Assembly (NCBI GenBank): GCA_937625935.1
Contig: OW569363.1
Coordinates: 1 to 64,000 of the forward strand
Reading direction: 5' to 3'
Source: Tetramitus jugosus
Taxonomy: Eukaryota; Protista; Heterolobosea
DNA length: 64,000 nucleotides
In this document: piece after piece, positions 1 through 9,366 of the stretch
Numbering within the stretch: position 1 is the stretch's first letter
Layout of the letters: each line of letters begins with the position of its first letter
Program-made: the position numbers and the translations under genes
The notes under the pieces: generated by a model
What the model was told of the DNA's origin: nothing
What the model saw: the letters and a program-made list of their open reading frames with translations, nothing else
Database searches by the model: none

Positions 1-793
1 CCAAACCCAACCCAAACCCAACCCAAACCCAAACCCAAACCCAAACCCAAACCCAAACCCAAACCCAAACCCAAACCCAAACCCAAACCCAAACCCAACC
101 CAAACCCAAACCCAAACCCAAACCCAAACCCAAACCCAAACCCAAACCCAAACCCAAACCCAAACCCAAACCCAAACCCAAACCCAAACCCAAACCCAAA
201 CCCAAACCCAAACCCAAACCCAAACCCAAACCCAAACCCAAACCCAAACCCAAACCCAAACCCAAACCCAAACCCAAACCCAAACCCAAACCCAAACCCA
301 AACCCAAACCCAAACCCAAACCCAAACCCAAACCCAAACCCAAACCCAAACCCAAACCCAAACCCAAACCCAAACCCAAACCCAAACCCAAACCCAAACC
401 CAAACCCAAACCCAAACCCAAACCCAAACCCAAACCCAAACCCAAACCCAAACCCAAACCCAAACCCAAACCCAAACCCAAACCCAAACCCAAACCCAAA
501 CCCAAACCCAAACCCAAACCCAAACCCAAACCCAAACCCAAACCCAAACCCAAACCCAAACCCAAACCCAAACCCAAACCCAAACCCAAACCCAAACCCA
601 AACCCAAACCCAAACCCAAACCCAAACCCAAACCCAAACCCAAACCCAAACCCAAACCCAAACCCAAACCCAAACCCAAACCCAAACCCAAACCCAAACC
701 CAAACCCAAACCCAAACCCAAACCCAAACCCAAACCCAAACCCAAACCCAAACCCAAACCCAAACCCAAACCCAAACCCAAACCCAAACCCAA
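1..793. repeat. Telomeric repeat array (CCCAAA)n = (TTTGGG)n on the G-strand; chromosome left end
   Basis: About 132 near-perfect hexamer units from position 1, C-rich strand on +, the orientation expected at a left end. A few CCCAA variants occur only in the first ~100 nt. The array ends abruptly at ~793. Confidence 0.97.
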
Positions 794-1580
794 GTCAAAA
801 TCCATTTTCTCATCAAAGTCACAAAATCATCTCAAAATCAATATTTAATCAGAAAATCAATCCCAATCGTCCTATAATTCCTGAAATATAATGATCTCTG
901 AATTTTCCTCATCGACGCTGGCATTCGCAATCCTTTTTCGACTTGCGCCTTGTATCTCACTGATCAACATTTAGGAGATAAGTAAAGCTGTGTAAGAATT
1001 TTATTCATCATATGATGCCACAATCGATATATTCCTACCAGTTCTCTGTTCATACTGTTGGCTCTTTCTATGGTCAAATCTCTAAAAGTTCATTTGATAT
1101 TCTATTGGGACTGGATTGTTTCTGGTAGTTCATCACTCGTTGCTCTCAATGATATAATTTCGTTGTCGTAGTAGGCTTGACTCATCCATCCAATGATCTG
1201 TGCATTTGGAATTCAAGTACAAGTTCAAATTGGTCATGTAACCTCTATTAATGACTTTCAATCTAGTTGAAGTTCATGATCATGCGGATCAATTGGGATC
1301 TTTCACTCATCCTGAGAATTATCCCTAACATATGCATCTTTCATTCATAAAACATTCAAGTTCTGACTCGTCCTCTGGAGAACGTGAGGTTGGTCTTGCT
1401 TTCACTCGCATCACTCAAAGGTGTATGACAAAATCTGACCGAATGGGATGTAATCCTTTGAATAGATCATTGTTATTCGTCTCATAACAGATAACAGTTG
1501 GTATGTGGACAAGGAACTAGGTTGAGAACAATTTATGTTAGGAGATGCATGGAGGGATCTGGTTGACTCATCCGATATGA

Positions 1581-1768
1581 GGCTCGTAAACGGGCTAGAG
1601 AAAAGTTGATAAATAGGCGGCCCGTAAACGTGCTACATAGAATAGGTGGCCCGTTCACGGGCCTTGATAAAAGCATTTTTTAGGCCGCCCGTAAACTCTC
1701 TAGGTAAAAGTTGATCTTTATCACGGGCCATAGTAAAAAAGCAGTCATATGCGGCCCGTTTACGGGCC
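1581..1768. repeat. Cluster of ~6 degenerate GC-rich palindromes, consensus GGCCCGT-NN-ACGGGCC
   Basis: Copies at 1581-1596, 1619-1634, 1648-1663 (perfect), 1686-1701 (half), 1721-1729 (half) and 1753-1768 (perfect), with 30-40 bp spacing in an AT-rich background. Confidence 0.85.
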
Positions 1769-2944
1769 ACCAGATATGAGAAACCCAACTGAAACCCAAC
1801 GGAAATCACATGTTTCGTCTATAGTTCCACAACCACAAGTCAAACAACAACCATAATGTTAAGTTGAATATTTCAAGATATGAGGAATACAAAAACAGGT
1901 ATTGTAACGCATGAATACACTCCTTGACGTACTTTTGGTTAGTGTATACGTTAAAACCCAAACCCCAACCCACATCTGGATGTTTTTGAAGCAATCTAGT
2001 GAGTCAATATATGTTGAATGAGTAATTATTCCTACTTCTCTTCAGTTATGATGGGTTGGGTCTGGGTATTCAACTCTGCATTCAATACAAACACAAAGTT
2101 TAGTTGTCACTTTTTGAGAGCTAATCTCTCTCAAAATAACAATTTTTCCCAAAGACTCTCAGTCTATTTCAATCATAAATCTGAATTGTCACTCAGAAAA
2201 AGCTAGTTATCTGGATTTCTGACGGTTTGGATGTGGCCTTTCAACTATAAACACGATTCAAATTTGAAACTTCACTATTTCACTGTTTTAAAGTATTTTG
2301 AATCGAAAAGTCTCAATAATAGATAAAACATCTGATCATACTGTGATTATTTGATAAAAATTGTCGATTCTATTCAGAAAAACGCAAAATCAAGTTAGTC
2401 AAAATTTCAGAAAAATCAAGTCATAAGACATCAAGTCAAAAAATATATTTAGTAGGAAATCATGTTAAAAATGATCAAATAATGTCTCAATACTCTGGTC
2501 TAAGACAAAGAAATCATGTTTAACATGTACCTCTTATCCCCAGTATAGGATCAAAATCGTCTACAAGCTATTGCAGTTTTAACACTGTTGCCGATAAAAA
2601 TCTGTTAAATACAGCACAGATATATCGGCTCTACGAGCCGATAAAGCTCAAATCGAGTTGAAAACCTCGCCAATCTCTTCACCTCAACCAGATGAAGCTC
2701 CTAGAGCAATAAAAAATCTCAAAAAAAAAATTACCATATAAGGAAATCGTTTCCTTAGGTTGGGGAATCCAGGATGTATCCCCAAACCCAAGCGCAACTC
2801 AGAATTTTTGTATCGCATTGGTTGCAATGATATACCTTTGTTGAGAGGTTTATGTTCGTATGCTCTGTCAATCTGATGAGCTAGCATATCATATTCCACA
2901 AATGCAAAAGACGTATTTCGTGCAATTTTGATACATTGACAACA

Positions 2945-3800
2945 TTGATAATACTTCATTAAACTAGGAATTGATCCAACAGTTTTATTCTCATTCACAA
3001 CAAGGTTCTATTCCAACCGCTCCCCCAAATACTGCTGCATTGTTTGGATCAAGACGAAAAAGAGTTTTCTTTAACCAAGCATTTTTTGAATATCCAACGC
3101 CACTTGGGCATTTTGGAGTGCAGAAATTTCATGATTCTTCTTCATCACTGTGTCTTTCAAGTGACCTGAATTTGACATAAAAAAATAAATGTTGTTGGAG
3201 ACTTGACATAAAAATGTTTTATGGTTGTCCAAATGATATGGAAAAAAACATTTTTCCAGAAAAAAATGACATCAACTTTTGTTCGATATCCAAACAGAAT
3301 TTGAACAGTTGTATGTAAGACTCTTTTGTCCTTGATAATGTGAATGTTCAAACTCTGATCCTTGATCCAACTACAACCTTTTTCAATTTCAAATGATGTA
3401 CCTGAACAAAGGTCCAACTGTCTCCTCTCAAGCCTTGCGCTCTCCTCTGCGCTAGGAAGCAATCTAGTCTGCTTCCTTTCTCTGTTTCTGGTTGCACAAG
3501 TCCCGAAGCTTATTTAAATCGACACTCATAAGAGGCTCAACTTTGAACACTTGATTTAAAATTTTTGAAGTAAAACCTTGAGTGTCAATTTGATTGTATT
3601 TCGGTGTTCAGTAATTGTGTCAATGTTCTTTGTCGTTTGAATGTAGAATCCGTAGCAGAAGGTAGTACTAATGGTAGTGTATGAATAATTCATATCGACT
3701 CGCAACCAGTATAAGTACATTTGTAAGGTAAGTTTCTTTAAGGGAAAGACTGTTCCTTGGTATCTTGCAAAGTCAGGAAATTGGATTTCCAAAACATAGA
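2945..3800 (-). pseudogene. Degenerate tyrosine recombinase (Crypton/DIRS-like YR), copy A
   Basis: Joining frames gives ...FPLKKLTLQMYLYWLRVDMNYSYTTISTTFCYG (core-binding-like region)...VFKVEPLMSVDLNKLRDLCN/ETEKGSRLDCFLAQRRAQGLRGDSWTFVQVHHL (box I G-x-R)...LNIHIIKDK (catalytic Lys strand)...KTVGSIPSLMKYY (box II Tyr). Multiple frameshifts and stops. Confidence 0.65.
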
Positions 3801-4114
3801 CCTCATGAGGTTGATACGAATTTAGACACTCTGGTGTCCAAAAGAAAGGGGAATCCATGCCCAATTTTTACCGATTTCAAGCCAAACTGTCAAACCAAGC
3901 CTCCTCTCTCCTTTGCAACACCCAAGAAGCTTCTCCAAACACTTTCCAAACGACATTTGATCGAGACAGAAACTCCGCATGACCAACAGCCAACAAACAA
4001 CAACACAACAAACAAAGCAACAACAAAATAACAAAATAACATACATTGACCAGCAATGACAGCAACAACTCCATAACAACAACAAAACAACTATCTATTT
4101 TGGCCTGCAACAAA

Positions 4115-4285
4115 AAGTATACAATAAACACCAAAAAACACCAAGGTGCCACCTGTCATTTGAACTCGTTGGTTCAAGCACTGTACATGACTCCAGAGCT
4201 CAGAAAACTTGTTTATCAATGGAGGTATAATGTTCATGCAAGTCCAGAGAACACGGTATTCCACTACAGTTACAAAGATTGTCTG
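4115..4285 (+). pseudogene. Fragment of a ubiquitin-specific protease (USP47/USP40/USP7-like Cys box)
   Basis: HQGATCHLNSLVQALYMTPELRKLVYQW matches the NQGATCYxNSxxQxLxMTPEFR Cys box. After a frameshift it reads IPLQLQRL (4258-4281). Truncated. Confidence 0.8.
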
Positions 4286-4869
4286 ACACCAAGTCTGTAC
4301 TTTTGCCAAAAAATCGGTGGAGCTTTGAAGGTGCACCAGAAACAAGCATTATTTTGAGCACAAGTTTAAAATACAACTTGATCAATGGATCGAACCGGAA
4401 CGCCTATAAAAGAAAAAACCAACCGACAAACCCTCAAAGAAACCAAATAACTCCTACTATTATAAACTATATCGTATGTTGCAACGTATTGTCTTTCAAT
4501 GTATCCTGCTAATACTAATACCTCCATTTAAGATGTTAGATTATAATCAATAATCAAAGCCTATGCTGTTCAAAAATTGAAAGATCTTCCAGATCATTTG
4601 ATTTTGAAGAGACTGAAGCTTTTGACTTAAGTCAAGAGTTTCAGAGGTCTGTGTTTCAGTCTGAGTTTCTTGACTTCATACTGACGAGGATTTGCATTTT
4701 GTCGATGTCTCGCAGAACTCCATCAGAAGAGTATCCCGTTTGGTATTTATAACAAAGAGTAGGATGGTAAATGATAGAGAACAAGAAGATTTGTTAGCTA
4801 AAGTCGATATTCCGTTTCCGACATTGGAGGCAACTAATTAAACGCAAGCATCATTCTCAGTTGAAGTAA

Positions 4870-5410
4870 CAAAGGATCAAGCCTCCTATGCAAAGAAAGG
4901 TGTCAAGTTATTTCAATATGCTGAGAGACTCTATTTCACTTTCCTTTCAACCATGAGTGAAAGGTTGATGATTTCGAAACCATCCAGCCTTATCCTTACC
5001 CCCTTCAGAAGTTGACCTTTCTGATGTTCCTGTACTGGTGTAAAGTGACCAAGGAGTATTCATTTACTACCATATCCAGTACATTCTGTTATGGACTGTT
5101 GAGTTATCTCCATATCACAAAGAAGAGTCCAGATTTCAGAAATAATCAACGAGAAGACATTCAAGCAATGCTCAGGTCTCTCTTGAGAAAGTTTGGTCGT
5201 AATGCTTTCAAAGTAAAGTCGCTGTTGAGTCCTGATTGGATCTAGTTACGAAACAAGTGCAACTTGCTCACTGAAGAAGGATCCAGACTTAATGCATTGT
5301 TGGCTGTTTCACACAGTCAGAAATAACAGAATGCACGACGAATGAACCCTTCAAAATCTGATCAGATGTGTAGGTTGGAAAAGTATTGAATACTTGAAAC
5401 CATACGATCG
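4870..5410 (+). pseudogene. Degenerate tyrosine recombinase, copy B (paralogue of copy A, internally deleted)
   Basis: YPLQKLTFLMFLYWCKVTKEYSFTTISSTFCYG...AFKVKSLLSPDWI*LRNKCNLLTEEGSRLNALLAVSHSQ aligns with copy A. It is followed by RCVGWKSIEYLKPY (5364-5405), a G-W-x8-Y box II with the Cre-type W-to-Y spacing of 9. Decayed coding-like sequence extends to both sides (~4550-5990). Confidence 0.65.
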
Positions 5411-6006
5411 ATGGGTAATCAATCACTTTACTGCGGTTAATCACTTTCTAGAAGGTGAAGAAGGTGGATATGCAATGGCTGATGTGGTTTCTTTGGTTAC
5501 TGACAAGGTCTGCTTGTTGAGATGAGTTCTCTGAAGTATCTGTTGCAAATATACATACAACAGATATTCAAGAGATGAATCGCTTGTTTAAATCTAAGAA
5601 ATGGTTTCCTCTGGTCAGAAGATTCAGTCCTCCAAAGCAAATGAAATAACATATCAGGTTATCAAATCAACAGTTAGACAACCAAGGATGTTCAAGGTCT
5701 CTCATTAGGGGCTGCTTCGAAGAATACTGGTAATGCTTTTTCAAAGGTATGGACAAAGATGAAAAGAGACAATCGATTCCGAGTTGAAGCTAAGTTTAAA
5801 GAAGACCCTCAGTAGCAGGATTTGGTCACTCAAAGGCAAGTTGAGAAGAACAGCAAGCTGAAAAAGAATCTTCGTGAAAGAATCAGAAATATAGAGGAAG
5901 CGTATTCTACCACTCACTTAGTTGAGAGATACTACGAGGAAAATATGAAAACATTATCACTCCCAAAATCCGAAAAAGAAAAAAACAAGGTTGCTAGTGA
6001 CACAAC

Positions 6007-6290
6007 TATTTATCCTTTCCATGATGGATGTCGTCATCCTTGTCCCAATAGCTCTTCTTTGGATAGAGAACGCCTTTTTTGCAACCATAGATCTTCTCTA
6101 TGTAACAATCTTTTCCACATTTGACGGTACCATGTCTTCAACTTGTCTTGATATTGTAGTCATACTTATCATCCTTAATATGGTATTTGTAACCATACTT
6201 ATCCTTGTCGTGGTACTTATCATCCTCGTCATCATACTTGTCATCCTTGTCATCGGATATCTTTAGTCATATCCATGAATGCAAGGATGA
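6007..6290 (-). pseudogene. Decayed D/K/Y-rich repeat gene ending in a Cys module like those of the 46549-47133 protein
   Basis: Reads DDKDDKYDDEDDKYHDKDKYGYKY... then CGKDCYIEKIYGCK/KGVL. This has the same C-x3-C-[YF]-x4-Y-x-C-x2-G spacing as CNGVCFDKYLYKCSNGKV. Frameshifts and stops present. Confidence 0.4.
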
Positions 6291-6557
6291 CAACAAGATA
6301 ATAATTGTTTGCTCTGTATCTCTTCTTGGCGGATGAAGAGATGGAAATCTCTTGTTGTTATTTTTTTCTGTTGTTACTCTTCAATGAACGGCCTCCTTGA
6401 CACTTTAGTTTTCGTATTTTAAAGTGTCAAAATGCCATGTGACAGCATTCTTATTCAGAACAATCATGATTAATGGATGTGAATCGATTGAGAATTTATT
6501 ACACACCCATATTATATTTACAGTAATGGATCACCAAAAATTTAAAATACAACAACC

Positions 6558-8066
6558 CTATTTCATCAAGCAAATATCACCGTTCTCTGCAACTTCACAT
6601 GATGTACATCTCACTTGCTGTTCAATTCTATTGCTGGTTGAGATTGGTTGATTGGAACGACAATCGTTTCTGTACACTGTCACTCCCTTACAATTTCCCT
6701 TGTATGCCTCCACATAGGCATCGAAAACTTGTTGTACAGTGACGTTATTGGACATGTTAATGGTCTTTGAAATGGCTTGCTCAATATTCTTTTGCCAAAT
6801 TGATTGCATTCGGATATGATCAGAAATGGGAAGGGAGTTGGCTTGAGTAAACATTGGCTCGATAGCGTATCCTTCATTGCCTAGAACTGAAGTAATACCA
6901 CCGGTCGGTTGCACACAAGTCAACGAAATGTTTCTATAGTCTTTTCTGTACATGCAACATCCCTTCTCCTTGGCCAACTCTCTACTCGCTTCTCTGGCTT
7001 TATCCGTAATAAAGAACGAAACCTTGTCTGCGAGTTGAAACGCTTCTTCAGAATTATATGAAACGCTCATCTTTTTCAACAGATCAGCCCATCCACTGAT
7101 GCCTAATCCTATCCTTCTGCACTGTAATGACACCTCCTTCATCAACGGGTCAGGTATGTCCAACAGATCGACTACATTGTCAAGAAATCTGACTCCATTC
7201 TTAGTCAATTGTCCTAATCTCTCCCAGTTCATTGACATAGTTTCGGTGTTATACAAGGTGGGAGCATTCAAGTTGATTACTCCCAAGTTGCACGTTTCAT
7301 TGTCATGAAGAAATTGTTCCCCGCATGGAACAGATGCTTTTACAGTGCCCAAACATCGAGTTGCTAGCTTAGATGAATTTTGAACTCTGTCAATGAAGAC
7401 GACACCAGGATCACCACACCTCCATGCCAGACTCGAAATATACATGAGCCAATCCTTGGCCGATTTCATAGTATTCCCCCAGTAACATTCAGATGATGGC
7501 ATCAGCACTTGATTCATAAACTCGTCAGTGATGGCCACAGAAATGTTAAAGTTATACAGCACGGTTGAGTTGAGCTCGGAGTTGTCGGCCTTATACGAAA
7601 TGGTCTCCTGAAACTTTGGATGATCGAGCGAAATGATTGCCATGTTTCCTCTCTTTGGTCTGTTCAGTAATACGATGGAATCATTCAATTGTGATAGCTG
7701 CTGAAGTGTTTGAACAGGATCAGTCGTATTCAAGCTAAAACCGATTCCAATGGCATTCTCCCATAATACAGTGGACCTTGACTTAACTTGTTCCAAGTTT
7801 TCGTCATTTACCTCTCCAATGACACTACAGTTAGGCTGAAGCTTTCTGTCCGGACCAGATCCTGCCAGTGTGTTACCAGAAGGTATAAATTCTTTCGATA
7901 TCATCATCTGATAAAATTCTTGTTTCCATAGTGCCTGTAGAATGGTGTTGACTTCATTTTGTGATACACGATGACTCACTTTCTCACAAAGGTTCGTGAA
8001 ATCGTTGAATTGATACTTTAGCTGGTGATATTTTTGTTGTTCTTCTGCTGGTTGCTGTGTTGACAT
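6558..8066 (-). CDS. Minimal class II-like (NrdJ-type, adenosylcobalamin-dependent) ribonucleotide reductase, divergent active-site loop
   Basis: Intronless, 502 aa. Motifs: FIPSGNTL...PNC (redox Cys), NFNISV, AWxCGDPGVVFIDR, VPCGE...CNLGVINL, RRIGLG, RN...QPTGG, AISKTIN, KGVTVYR, and a C-terminal CTSC. Confidence 0.9.
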   Translation of the reverse strand: MSTQQPAEEQQKYHQLKYQFNDFTNLCEKVSHRVSQNEVNTILQALWKQEFYQMMISKEFIPSGNTLAGSGPDRKLQPNCSVIGEVNDENLEQVKSRSTVLWENAIGIGFSLNTTDPVQTLQQLSQLNDSIVLLNRPKRGNMAIISLDHPKFQETISYKADNSELNSTVLYNFNISVAITDEFMNQVLMPSSECYWGNTMKSAKDWLMYISSLAWRCGDPGVVFIDRVQNSSKLATRCLGTVKASVPCGEQFLHDNETCNLGVINLNAPTLYNTETMSMNWERLGQLTKNGVRFLDNVVDLLDIPDPLMKEVSLQCRRIGLGISGWADLLKKMSVSYNSEEAFQLADKVSFFITDKAREASRELAKEKGCCMYRKDYRNISLTCVQPTGGITSVLGNEGYAIEPMFTQANSLPISDHIRMQSIWQKNIEQAISKTINMSNNVTVQQVFDAYVEAYKGNCKGVTVYRNDCRSNQPISTSNRIEQQVRCTSCEVAENGDICLMK

Positions 8067-9366
8067 CAAATTTATTAGTTGGTTTTCAGGGTATCAGAGG
8101 TTGGTTGTTGCCTTGATTTTTGTTGAAAAGTGTTGAAAATGTCAACGCCAGGATAACATTCTTTTTGAAGGACCCTCCTTCCTTCAATACGATGACAAAA
8201 ATAGAAACAATCGAACAAAAAATAGTGACATTCCCACACTTTTCACTCCAACTCACATACACATCACTCATTGGATCCCTTTTTCGGAAATTCGACCAAC
8301 TCTATTCGACCAACGAATAGAGTTGTAGTAAGCGAGTGTAACCGAGAATTCACAGTAGTAGTCGACACTATTCTGAACCAACACGGAATAAGAGTTGATG
8401 AATTTGACTTACAAAACTCAACAATTATTTTGATAAAAGCCTTGTCTAGTCCACTTTCCGTCTCAAATAAGGTGCTCTCTGTGATCGATTCTGGATCGCA
8501 AGGTCTTGCTCCTCCTGCTGCCCTGGCAGTGTATTTTTGATTTAATTGACTTCATTGAAATCTTGGGAACTGCTTCCCATCCTGTTTTCATCAGACTGTC
8601 CAATAGACCGATGGTGTTCCGAACTCGTATCAAACCAAGAATAGACGATAGAAAGTACCAAGAGAATCCATTCTACAAATTGTACTCTTTAGAGTGTCTA
8701 TTGTCCCTTTGGTCGTGTCAAGATGTTGCTACAGAGAAGGATGACAGTGGGGGTCAAATTCTGTGTGTTCGACCAACCTCGGGCAAGGTGATATATGGTA
8801 AGGGTTGCCGTTAGTGAGAATGGTTACATCAATTAGTACTCCTTTTTCTCAGTTTCGTTCAATATCCTATTTACTACACTTTGAATACAATCAAAAGGTA
8901 TCCCAAGCTGCTCCAACAAGAGATTGCAATCCACCACAGTTTTACTACGAATTTGTTCTCATTGTTGTCTTTATTGAGAGGTTCTGAAACGAAGGTTCCA
9001 AAACTAAAGTTTTGGCCGCAACTTTATGTCTGGGATTATCATCAATGATGAATGACAGCACCGAGATACTTCAGAAAATCTCAGTTAGAGCGATGAAATT
9101 TGAGCTGCCTTCGTTTGATCCGGTGACCAAATTGGAATTTCTCCATGGACTTTTTGTCTCGAAGAGCCAAGGCAACAAAGCGAAAAACAGAATCGAAAAT
9201 TCTATATCCTTTGATTCAGTGAAGAGATACACCCAAATTAAGGAATTCACTCAGATTTTTTGAGATATTCTTGGTTCCACATGGCAAAAATATACACAAT
9301 CTGAATACAAGAGAGTGAAAAAAGTGAACACAATTGAGAAGAAACAACAAGAACATTCCACATTTT

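Noticed and set aside
1-100. CCCAA variant units in the telomere
   Set aside because: Only about three, all at the extreme distal end where consensus quality is lowest; probably homopolymer errors.
1581-1768. CRISPR-like palindromic repeat array
   Set aside because: Repeats are degenerate, spacers are short and related to each other, there are no cas genes, and the context is eukaryotic.
2945-5410. Protelomerase or telomere-maintenance role for the recombinases
   Set aside because: Both copies are broken and the end carries ordinary telomerase-type repeats; no hairpin-telomere signature.
5200-5990. Alternative genetic code or stop readthrough to explain in-frame stops
   Set aside because: Conserved genes end in TAA, TAG and TGA and have no internal stops; the subtelomeric stops co-occur with frameshifts, indicating decay.
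8250-9000. Short ORFs between the RNR and the P-type ATPase as an RNR beta subunit or partner
   Set aside because: No ferritin-like ExxH pattern or long ORF; at most decayed coding sequence.
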